From contig CM030339.1 of the NCBI GenBank assembly GCA_017654855.1, forward strand, positions 62,001-95,406: DNA of 33,406 nt, read 5' to 3'. The stretch is from Podospora anserina. Lineage: Eukaryota. The notes beneath the pieces were generated by a model, which worked only from the letters and a program-made list of their open reading frames with translations, was not told the origin of the DNA and made no database searches. The position numbers were made by a program, and so were the translations under genes. Of this stretch, positions 12,466 to 22,915 are shown one piece after another (within the stretch, counting starts at the first letter, position 1; each line of letters opens with the position of its first letter).

Positions 12466-13012
12466 ATGTTACTAATTCTACCTTTAATTATAATATCCAA
12501 AGCTATATATTTTTGTTGACGCACAGATACATGAACTCATATATATTTTATTCAACAATTTACAAGCTCAATACCTTCTTCTGATGCACAGCAGCCTAAA
12601 AATCCTGAACGGGGGTGGTGAAGCTTCTTCTGCTTGGCAACCTAAAAAGCTTGGAGGTAGCGCCCCGCATAAAGGAGTTATAACTGAGTCAGATTTTGAA
12701 TGAGAATCTGAATCAGAAGCTGACTATAAATCAGATTCTGACCATGATGAGTCAGAAGTAAGTAAATTTATTTACAGTCCTACGTTTAAGGAACGTGTTA
12801 ATAAAGCCACTAAGGAAGAGCTAGTTGAAGCTCTAAATGTAATAGAGTTTTCAATAAAATCTTATGAAAATCATAAAGAAGTACCTGCATATAAAGAACA
12901 AATTAGTAAACTGATTGAAAAAGAAAATATATGTAAATCAGCTTTAGAAAATATTGAGCAGGTTAAATTTTTAGAAGAAGAAAATAGTAAAGGTAAAGGT
13001 AAGGATAATTAA
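12466..13012 (+). CDS. Orphan ORF of unknown function (hydrophobic N-terminus, acidic tract, coiled-coil-like C-terminus); start uncertain
   Basis: Frame open 12494-13012 in code 4 (ATG 12584): GGEASSAWQPKK...ESDFEWESESEADYKSDSDHDESE...KEQISKLIEKENICKSALENIEQVKFLEEENSKGKGKDN*. An overlapping frame from ATG 12466 could join it at G-run 12611-15. Confidence 0.5.
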
Positions 13013-13117
13013 ATTTAATGCGTATGTACATACGTACGGCGCCGTCGTACTACGAACCATAGCTATTTAAGTAATGATTTTTAGTAAGTGAATCAAGCAA
13101 GCATACTTTGTACACCA

Positions 13118-13146
13118 GGACTTGCCTGGCTTAGCCAGGCAAGTCC
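13118..13146. repeat. Perfect GC-rich inverted repeat (13-bp stem, 3-nt loop)
   Basis: GGACTTGCCTGGC-TTA-GCCAGGCAAGTCC. Confidence 0.85.
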
Positions 13147-13612
13147 AATAAGCCCGGCAAGCTGTATATAATATATAATAATAAAGGGTAAATCTTATTG
13201 CTATATAATCATTTTATGATTATATAACAAAGTGATTATTATTATAAAAAAAATGTAGAGGATAAGGATTTAATTTATACACGAACTCTCAATATAAAGT
13301 CAGTACGCCTATTACCACTAAAGTGCAGGCTGTTATATTTATACTAAGATGTCTGTTTAGAATCCAAATCTTATGTAGATTTGCTGCTTGCGCCCGGGCT
13401 GGCTGGCAGGTGGCTACGCCGCATCAGCTGCAGAAGAAGGCGCGACCAGGCTACGCATGTACGACGGCGCATGTCTGTATGCTTGCTGTTATTTTTTTTT
13501 TAGATTCTATATAACATGTATAATGATATAATATAATATTATATAATAATATTTCAATATAGAATAAATTGTATTTTATTATTTTTTTGTTTTTTTAATT
13601 AATAAATTAGTT

Positions 13613-16600
13613 ATGAATTTTGATGCTCCCAGTCCTTGAGGTATATATTTTCAAGATAGTGCTACTCCTCAGATGGAAGGGTTAAATGAATTACACGATA
13701 ATATAATGTATTATTTAGTAGTTATATTATTTGCTGTAGGATGAATTTTATTATCTATAGTTATAAACTATGTTAGTACAAAATCACCAATCTCACATAA
13801 ATATTTAAATCACGGTAGAGATGTGCCTATTCAAAAGTGTTTTAAGTTTAAAGGTAACTTGCGCTTGGTAAATAATAACAATAAATATATACGTTCTTAT
13901 AGTACAACATCTTCTTCAGGTCCTAAGACCAAGTCGCTAGGCCTGTCCCAAAAGGACCATAATAGTATAAAATTGTATCAAGATCCTTATTCAATGAGAA
14001 AATTAATTATAAAAGATAACAAAAATAAATCTGGTATCTATAAATGGACCAATAAATTAACTAATGATATATATATTGGACAATCAGTTGATTTATCTAA
14101 AAGATTTATAAGATACTTTAATATGAGTTATTTGAAAAATAGAGAAACTCTTATAATAAGTAGAGCTTTGATTAAATACGGGTATTCCAACTTCCAGCTT
14201 GAAGTATTAGAATATTGTGATATAGCTGATTTAACAGAAAGAGAACAATACTATCTTGATAAGTTAAATCCTAAATACAATATTTTAAAAAATAGCAGGT
14301 AGTTCTTTAGGACATAAACTAACAGAAGAAACTAAAGCTAAAATTAGTAAATCTTTAAAAGGAATATATGTAGGAGAAAAATCTGCTTTATATGGTCGCA
14401 CTCATTCTGAAGAAACTAAAGCACTCATGGCTCTAAATAAGTTAGGGGCAAATAATTCATTATTTGGTAAAACCCATTCTGAAAAAACTAAAGAGTTAAT
14501 GGGACAAAAAGCTTTAGGTAGAAAACATTCTGAAGAAACTCTATTAAAGATGAGTGCTAGCAGAGGTTATCTTGTTAACATATATGAAAAATCTGATTCA
14601 AAAGGGTTTCAATTAATAGGTAGTTTTGTTTCAATAAGAAGAGCTGCCAAATTTTTAGGAATTAGTAGTAATACTATAAGACTCTATATAAATTCTGGTA
14701 AAATATTTAAAGATAGATATAAGTTTACTAGCTAACGAAGTACACGCAGGAATAAATACCAAATAAATTTAAAAAAACTATGAATAAAATTCCACTATAT
14801 GCTGGAAACTCCTAAAGCCTTCAGGTACTATAAAGATAATAGATATATACTTTATCAGTGATAACCCTAAAGGATGTACAATGGATTATCAGCAGGAAAC
14901 CAAGACCTTGGTATTCTGCCGCCACCTGTGGTGGCAGGACACTGAGGGTGGGGGGGGGAGCGCTGCGCCGCCCTCGGTACTAAATACTTTGGATCCTCAG
15001 AGACTACACGTGGAAATCAAAGGTCGACGACGTCGACATATAAGATAAGATATAGTCCAGTTAAGTATGAAAGTACTTATGTTGTAGACATTAATCGAAT
15101 TAATATGAACTATTACTCCAGCAGTAATATTAATATTAATTGCTTTTCCTTCTTTTAAATTATTATATTTAATGGATAAAAGTCTTACTTAAGTCCATCG
15201 TACAATCTAATCCTTGTATGATTAAAGAGGATGAATTTCAAGAAGAGCTTGCCAAATGCAAGGTTACTTGAAGCGAAGCTTGTTAAGTAGATTTTCAGTT
15301 TATACTGATTAAAATAAACAAGAATGTTCAACGACTAGAAGATGAAATCTATCTACAGAATAGTCTTCATATGCTTTAGATTTATATAAGGGAATTAATA
15401 CATTATATAAATTAGCTATAGTTTCCTCCGTCAATTTTTAAATATAAAGTAAAAACCTTTTTTAATTGATGATGACATAGTCTGAACCATATTGAAAAAT
15501 ATGGAGTAAAAGATAAAGATTATCTTTAACAGTTTTGAAAGTTAATGAGAGTTTTACTAGGTCAGCTTATTTTGAATATAAGCTGAAGGATAAACATATA
15601 TTGATTATATTAGCTTGCTTATTTGAGTTGTTGATATTACAACTAAAAAAATTTATATTTATGCTTGCCCTAGATAATTTTTATCAAGACAGGCAAGCTA
15701 CATCGAAAAATTATAATTTAAAGATTTCGAGATCGCGCCTTAATAAATTATACTCTAAAAAAAATATTTTTTTTAAATCTACTTATAGAATGTATAGTAC
15801 ATTGTTTACAGATAAAGAACTAGCAGTTATGGGTTTATCTTCACTACATCCGTATGCGACTACGTCGGAAGATGAAATTAAAAATTTTTATGCATGATTT
15901 GCGGGCTTTACTGATGCTGAAGGTTATTTTTACATAGCTATCAGTAGCAGTTGTGCTTTTAGATTTCAAATTAATTTACACAAAGATGATATGCATGTAC
16001 TATATTTTATTCAAAAAAATTTAGGATTTGGTGAAGTTAGGTCTTATAATAATTATTCATCTTTTACCGTAACAAGACTTAAAGATGTAAAAAAAAATTA
16101 ATTGTTATTTTTTTCTCAATATCCCCTTCAAGGTTCTAAGTGACTTAATTATAAAGACTTTGCTAAAGCTTTTGAGTTGTATACTAATTCACGCTACGCT
16201 GCGGATTCTAATCTTTTAAAAGAAATTTTGGAAATAAAAATGGTATGAATAAATTAAGATCTGATTATACTTCCCTTAAAAGAAATTAATATAACACCTT
16301 ACTGACTTTTAGGTTTTATTGAAGGAGAAGGTTGTTTTAGTATTAATAAAGGTAATAGCTATAGATTAGATTTTAGTTTAACACAAGCATATTCTAATCT
16401 GGAATTAATGAAAAAATTAAAAGTTATCTTGAGAATCTCCCAAATGCTGGAGGTAACTATGCCAATGCTTTAGGTATATCTATAATTAAGTATAGTAATA
16501 TTAATCACCAGTCTACTGTTAGAATTGAGACTACACGTATACCTTATATTACAAATATTTTAATACCCTTTTTAGAAAATCTAACTTGACATAGTAAAAA

Positions 16601-17606
16601 ACAATTAGATTTTCAAGATTGAAAAATTATATTAATGTTAAAAGAGAAAGGTCATCATTTTACGGAGCAAGGTGTTAATTTAATAGATCGTATTTTAAAT
16701 CAAATGAATAACAATAGACTTTCTACGAATACTAAAGTATTGAAGTCTAATGTAGATCGATCACTTTTATTAGCTGATATTAAAGATATACTTAATGGAC
16801 CTTCTAATTTTGAGGTAAAGAATGGTAAAAAGTTTATAATTTCATTAAATAAATATTATAAATCTTCTCGTAAAAATAGTAGTGTGGAAATATTGGATGA
16901 TATAGGTAATATTATTATTTCATTTGAGTCTTTAGCAGACTGTAGTGCATACCTTAAAGTTGACCCTAGCACTGTATCCAAGAGAATTAAACATAATATA
17001 TCTTTTTCTTTAAATAATAAACAAGTTTATGTGAAAAAAAAAAAAGCGATAAATAAGGAATTTAGTACTTCGTCGCGCTGCGTAGGTATAATTTTGTGGT
17101 TGGGGTGTAGGTATATTTAATAAATTAATACAAATAACAGCAAACATATTAATAAGTGAAACATAACATAATTGGAAGTTAGTGATCCTTCAATGTCAGT
17201 TTTAGCAGAGGGTCACCAATGATATTGAAGTTACCAATATCCTGATTTTTTAGATTCTAATGATCAATTCATAGAATTTGATTCATATATAGTACCAGAA
17301 TCTGATTTAGATGAAGGAGGATTAAGAATGTTAGAAGTGGATAATAGAGTTGTTCTTCCTGAATTAACACATGTTAGATTTATTATAACAGCAGGTGATG
17401 TTATACATTCTTTTGCTGCTCCTGCTTTAGGTATAAAATGTGATGCATACCCTGGAAGATTAAATCAAGTATCTGTTTTTATTAATAGAGAAGGAGTATT
17501 CTACGGTCAATGTTCAGAAATATGTGGAATATTACACAGCTCTATGCCTATAGTAATAGAATCGGTATCTTTAGAAAAATTCCTTATTTGATTAAAAGAA
17601 CAATAG
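13613..17606 (+). CDS. cox2: Cytochrome c oxidase subunit 2; exons 13613-13816, 15088-15177, 17175-17606 (start may be TTG near 13587)
   Basis: [20 protein letters not shown]...YLNHG|TLIELIWTITP...LYLMD|EVSDP...GHQWYWSY...CuA motif DVIHS and [12 protein letters not shown]; stop TAG. Confidence 0.96.
13817..14735 (+). CDS. GIY-YIG homing endonuclease with NUMOD3 repeats and C-terminal NUMOD1-like domain; one frameshift at A-run ~14287-92
   Basis: [27 protein letters not shown], repeats [32 protein letters not shown]; in frame with exon 1. Confidence 0.9.
13817..15087 (+). mobile_element. Group I intron cox2-i1 (IB-like core)
   Basis: Core CACTATATGCTGGAAA (~14793), ATCAGCAGGAAACC (~14888), GGATCCTCAGAGACTACACG (14991), AAGATATAGTCC (~15047); ends G15087. 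Confidence 0.93.
15178..17174 (+). mobile_element. Group I intron cox2-i2 (core at 5' end, ORF downstream)
   Basis: P1 ATGGAT/GTCCAT; core GAATTTCAAG, CTTGAAGCGAAG, GTTCAACGACTAG, GACATAGTCTGAACC (15233-15489); ends G17174. Confidence 0.92.
15538..17120 (+). CDS. Double-motif LAGLIDADG endonuclease with C-terminal NUMOD1-like HTH; several frameshifts between 16090 and 16430
   Basis: Motifs [12 protein letters not shown] and [24 protein letters not shown]; tail [23 protein letters not shown]. Confidence 0.85.
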
Positions 17607-18201
17607 GAGGGACAGGTTGTTAAACTAAAATGTCTGTTTTGTATTTATATTACGACGACGAAGTCATCGTATTGGCGGTGACAAAGTCGCCGCAAGAAGT
17701 CATACAACAAGGTCGTACGAATTACGAATACTTTTTTTTTTTTGAAGAATAGCGGCTCGCGTGAGCGGGATACGGCGCTATATATAAAGCTCGTCTTTAT
17801 ATTAAGATTTTATATTTTGTTGGAGCGCGACGACGAAGTATATATGCATACTTCGTAGGCGCAGGCTCATAATTAATGCGAAGCGCGAAACACAAAACGC
17901 AAAACACTAAAACTAAATATATAATGCGTATGGTAGCCATACGTATTGTTTATTTAATCCTTTTAAACATATTTTATAAGAAAAGGGGAGAAGCCTTAAA
18001 ATTAGTTTACTACTTTTAAACAGGTTAATCCTTAAAGTTAAAGCCCCTTTACAGATAAAGATTAATTTATTCTTACAATAATATCTTACTTAATTAAAAA
18101 ATTAATTAGGATTTTTTATTTTTATAAAGTTCAAGGGGCTAACCTTGAAGGTAATTTTTTTTTATAGTAGGGTAGTATATTTTAATTTGATTTTTATTCA
18201 A

Positions 18202-21161
18202 ATGTCAGGATTGTTATATGCTCTATTAATTATACCTATGATAGGTATTTTTTTTATTTTAAGTTTTGATAGTTATAATTTTAATATTACTAGTAATAAC
18301 AGTAATAGTGGGAGTTTTAGTGAAGCCGGAGCTGGTAAGAATAGTGGAGGAGAATTATTAAAAGTCCTCGTAATAAATAATGAATTAAATTTTTATAAAA
18401 AATTGCTTTTATAACTACAATTATGAATTTAATTGTATCATTAATAATTTATATCTTGTTTGATTTTAGTACTAATCAATTTCAATTTGTACAAGATGAT
18501 TTGGAATTAAGTGTTTATAATATATATTTAGGGGTGGATGGTCTTTCAATATATTTTGTATTATTAACAACTATAATAATGCCTATAGCATTAATATCAA
18601 ATTGAAATTCAATAACACATAATATTAAGGCATATTTAATAATAATATTATTGCTGGAAACTCTTTTATTGGCCGTATTTTTAGTATTAGATGTATTATT
18701 ATTTTATATATTTTTTGAAAGTATATTACCGCCTTTATTTATATTAATAGGTTTATTTGGATCAAGTAATAAAGTAAGAGCTAGTTTTTATATTTTTTTT
18801 TATATACATTTAACCTAAAGTGTAAAAGAGCCAAATACCGGGGAAGCCCTAAAGCTCTAGTAACCAAGGTTCAACACGAAAGTGTTGAACTGGCCTGATT
18901 AATGACTCAGGGTATGGTAAAATCACTAGTAGATATATGGGTAATCGCGGTTCTAAGTCATCCCTGCTTACGTACTGAATCTAAGCAAGAAGGTGTAAAA
19001 GAGCAACGAGTAGACGGTTCTTCGAGTTCTAGAAATTTAGAATTCGTAAGGTGTACTCTAGTCGCTGGGAAACCAGTTTTAGGGAGAAAAATTCATCATT
19101 GTCCTTGCGGTCCGGCATCTTCTAAACTAATGAAGGTGCAAGGGTTATAATATAACTACACAGGCTGCTACGTACACACACCCCTTGTCTACTTTAGATC
19201 CTTGATTTATAACAGGATTTGTAGATGCTGAAGGGTGTTTTATGATAGGGTTAACAAAAAGTGAACTATATAGATCGGGTTATCAAGTAACAGCTATATT
19301 TAAAATTAGTTTACGGCGTACACGTAAATATTATACTTTACTATGTCAAATTAGAGATTATTTTGGTATAGGTATAATTACAAAACATGGGGAAACAACA
19401 TTACAATATATGGTTAGATCAATAAAAGATTTAAATGTCATTTTATCTCATTTTGATGCATATCCTTTGTTTAGTCAAAAAAAGATCTGATTATATACTT
19501 TTTAAACAAGCAATTGTGTTAATTAAAAATAAAGAACATTTAACTAAATAAGGACTTAAAAATATTCTTTCTTTAAAAGCTTCTATTAATTTAGGTTTAT
19601 CTGATGAATTGCAATTAGTTTTTCCTGATATTATACCAATATCTAGACCATCTCCCTGAAAAAGGGGGAGAAGGCACAAGACATGAAAATTAAAAACTTT
19701 AATTATATAGCAGGTTTAACTAGTGGGGATGGATGTTTTTTTTGTCTCTATGCGTAATTCTTCTCATACTGTATCAGGTAAATCTGTGGTATTAAATTTT
19801 CAAATTGTTCAGCACAGTAGAGATGAGGAGTTAATGAGAATGTTAATATCTGCCCTTGGATGCGGTAGAATAGAGTTAGCCTTAAAGCAATCTGCTGTAT
19901 ATTATGTTGTAACTAAATACCAAGATATTTTTGATAAATTAATCCCACTTTTTTATAATCACCCTATTAAAGGTGTAAAAGCCCTAGATTATTCAGACTT
20001 TTAACAAATAGTCTTTTTAATGAAGGATAAAGCTCATTTAACTGAACAAGATTTAATGGAAATCCAATCTATAAAATTAAACATGAATTTATTTAGAAAA
20101 TTAGCTAGTAATAGCTAGTAGTTATATAAGGTAATAAGGCTGCCGGTTAGCCGGTATGAATTAAAGTAACTCTAAATTAAAGAAAAGACATTTATCATGT
20201 CAACAACGTGTTAGGATCATTATTTTTATTATTATCTATTTTAACTATGTCTTCTTTAATTGGTACAACATATTTGGATGTTTTATCAAAAAGTAATTTT
20301 GAATATACAACTCAAATATTTTTATTTTTAGGAGTATTTATAGCTTTTGCTGTAAAAACTCCTACAGTTTTCTTAAATAGTTGATTATTAAAAGCTCATG
20401 TAGAATCGCCCTTAGGTGGAAGTATAGTACTTGCAGGTATTGTATTAAAATTAAGTTTATATGGTATATTTAGACTAATCCTACCTTTATTACCTAAAAT
20501 ATCTTTAAATTATACTTCTATAATTTTTAGTATAGGTATTATTACAATAATTTATGCCAGTTTTAGTACATTACGAACTATAGATATAAAAGAACTAATT
20601 GCTTATAGCTCAGTATCTCATGCTGCAGTTTATTTAATAGGTGTATTCAGTAATATTATTCAAGGGATTGAAGGTGGTATACTTTTAGGTTTAGGACATG
20701 GATTTGTGTCAAGTGGACTATTTATATGTGCAGGAGGTGTATTGTATGATAGATCTGGTACCAGAATAATATCTTACTATAGAGGAACTGCTCAAGTAAT
20801 GCCTTTGTTCTCCATACTTTTTTTCATTTTATGTTTAGGTAATTGTGGTGCACCTTTAACTTTAAATTTTGTAGGGGAATTTATGTCTTTATATGGAACT
20901 TTTGAAAGATTACCTTTATTAGGTCTATTTTCTAGTTCTTCTATGATATTCTCGGCCGCTTACACTATATATATGTATAACCGTATAGCTTTCGGTGGTT
21001 CATTTAGTAAATTCTTTGAAGAAAATATTGGTGATGTAACTAAAAGAGAATTCTTTTTATTATTTACTTTAATAATATTTACTATTATGTTTGGAATATA
21101 CCCATCCTTTATTTTAGATGGCTTACATTATAATGTAACAAGTTTATTGTTTGGTGTTTAG
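18202..21161 (+). CDS. nad4: NADH dehydrogenase subunit 4; exons 18202-18809 and 20209-21161 (homopolymer frameshifts at 18397-402 and 18793-801)
   Basis: LGVDGLSIYFVLLTT, FYIFFESILPP, LYT|LLGSLF, WLLKAHVESPLGGS, KELIAYSSVSH, HGFVSSGLF, NFVGEF; stop TAG. Confidence 0.95.
18810..20208 (+). mobile_element. Group I intron in nad4 (IC2-like core)
   Basis: Interrupts T|TG codon; core CAAATACCGGGGAAGCCCTAAAG, AATCGCGGTTCTAAG, GAGCAACGAGTAGACGG, TAAGGTGTACTCTA (18832-19060). Confidence 0.92.
19186..20115 (+). pseudogene. Degenerate double-motif LAGLIDADG endonuclease in the nad4 intron
   Basis: DPWFITGFVDAEGCF and YIAGLTSGDGCF, with in-frame TAA at 19549 (HLTK*GL) and 20002 (YSDF*Q) plus frameshifts. 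Confidence 0.85.
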
Positions 21162-21233
21162 AGTACTTTGTTGCTGTAATAAATAACAAAAGCAACTGTT
21201 TTCGTTTTTATTTTTTTTTTTTATTTTTTTTAC

Positions 21234-21268
21234 GAGGTATCTAAAAGATATCGAAAGCCGTCCATACA
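21234..21268. repeat. 35-bp direct repeat, copy 1
   Basis: GAGGTATCTAAAAGATATCGAAAGCCGTCCATACA, identical at 22157-22191. Confidence 0.9.
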
Positions 21269-21418
21269 GTTCTGACATTAAGCCCCTTATGAGTGCAAAT
21301 TCATAGGAGGGAATTCATTAAAGATTTTAAGCTATACAGCTACTATCTCAAATTAGAAAAAACTAATTTTAATTAGTGAAGTCCTGGAAATGTGGTTAAA
21401 AAGCAGTTTGATGTTCGC

Positions 21419-21459
21419 GCTAAGCTTGATAGAAGAGTAAAAAACTCTTCAAGCTTAGC
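21419..21459. repeat. Inverted repeat/hairpin
   Basis: GCTAAGCTT-gata-GAAGAGT-AAAAA-ACTCTTC-AAGCTTAGC (4-nt bulge). Confidence 0.75.
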
Positions 21460-22156
21460 TTGAAATTGTTATGTTATACAAAAAAATTAGATAAAATTTT
21501 ATTTATCCTCCTCGTGTACTAATTGATGGATGAAAATAAGTAAAAAGAGTACCTCGGAGAAAACCGGAATCCTAAGCCTGGTGTCGAGCTGTGAATTTGA
21601 GAGGGTAACCGATCAAACAATAAACTCTAAGTTAGAAAAATAAATAAATAAATTCCGGTAATTTTCCAATTTTCCTGCGAAGCCGAGGGGTAATCCTCAA
21701 TTTTTAAGAGCTCGCGCCTAATAGAGTCTTTAAAAAGTGTATGACACACATACTCCATAGTACAAAAATATTGTTATAAAGGATACCTTTGACCTAGGCA
21801 GGCTTCTAAACCCTCCGGGATATGAAGTAGAGCTCGAAAGTAATTATACGAATCACTTCAGGCGCAAGCTCGACCCAATATCTCCCACTATATCACTAAC
21901 CACTATGATAAAAAGATATCTTCGGATACTTATGAAGTTATCTGGTTAGGTTATGTATAGTTGCGATGTGCTGGGAAGAAAGTGGTATGTTAATACGGAG
22001 CGAGCTTGCGCCGCGCCACATGGTTATATAGGTTGGTTTGGGATACCCTATGGGATAATTTAGAGCATAATATAAAAAATGAAAAGAGTAAGGTACAGGT
22101 CAGGACGTATAATCACGCCGTACACTGCGAACTAACTCGTCACAAAAAGCTGGCTG

Positions 22157-22191
22157 GAGGTATCTAAAAGATATCGAAAGCCGTCCATACA
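22157..22191. repeat. 35-bp direct repeat, copy 2
   Basis: Identical to 21234-21268. Confidence 0.9.
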
Positions 22192-22432
22192 TACTTCGTC
22201 TGCTATATATTGTGCTATATATAGCGCAATCTCCTCCCCCCTCCTCCTCCTCCTCGCACACACCATATCATGCTTGTGCCTGCTTGAGGTGCAAGCTCAA
22301 TATTTACATCTTCCTATGCTCTGGCATAAGTTTAAATTAATATATAAGGCTGCGCAAGCTAAAGCTCTTATTATTTAAACTTAGAACTTGATACTTTTAT
22401 ATCAGTATTATTTCTATTTTTTCATAATTTAT

Positions 22433-22585
22433 ATGCCTCAATTAGTCCCATTTTATTTTGTTAATGAAATAACATTTACTTTTATTATACTTGCTATAAC
22501 TGTGTATATTTTATCTAAGTACATTTTACCTAGATTTGTTCGTTTATTCTTATCTCGTACTTTTATATCTAAACTTTTAGGATAA
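22433..22585 (+). CDS. atp8: ATP synthase subunit 8 (50 aa)
   Basis: [17 protein letters not shown]...[21 protein letters not shown]; diagnostic MPQL start. Confidence 0.98.
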   Translation: MPQLVPFYFVNEITFTFIILAITVYILSKYILPRFVRLFLSRTFISKLLG

Positions 22586-22720
22586 ATAAAAAGGCTACTG
22601 CTCCTGCAGCTAAGCGCAAGCTAAAGCTAAGGAGCTCGCACAGGCAGGCTGGCGGCGTAGCCGCAGCAGCAGAGGTACAAATTGAGGATATTGGTCTTTT
22701 TTTGGCGCTATACGTAGCGC

Positions 22721-22781
22721 GGCGCCATATATAGCGCTATATATAGCGCTATATATAGCGCAAGCTCCCCCTCCTCCTCCT
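22721..22781. repeat. Composite dispersed repeat: (GCGCTATATATA)n palindrome + GCGCAAGCTC + (CCT)n
   Basis: Related copies at ~7886-7933, ~10727-10761 and ~22213-22254. Confidence 0.8.
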
Positions 22782-22915
22782 CTTATTATATAAACATATG
22801 AAACCTCATACTCATAACTAACATAGAGAGTTATCGTTAATGGTAACATTTCATGAGGTTACTTTTTTATTAGCACTTTTTTTTTGATTATGTTTTTAAT
22901 TTTTATATCTTTATT

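Noticed and set aside
13323-13514. 63-aa ORF before cox2, and the similar 22610-22849 (-) ORF
   Set aside because: Span GC-rich repeat clusters; no ATG-supported, recognisable product.
22388-22432. N-terminal extensions suggested by the ORF track for atp8 (22388), nad4 (18145) and nad1 exon 2 (24843)
   Set aside because: Artefacts of alternative start calling or intron sequence; conserved starts and splice junctions lie downstream.
22721-22781. Tandem TATATAGCGC repeats as a possible CRISPR array
   Set aside because: No unique spacers, no cas genes, organellar context.
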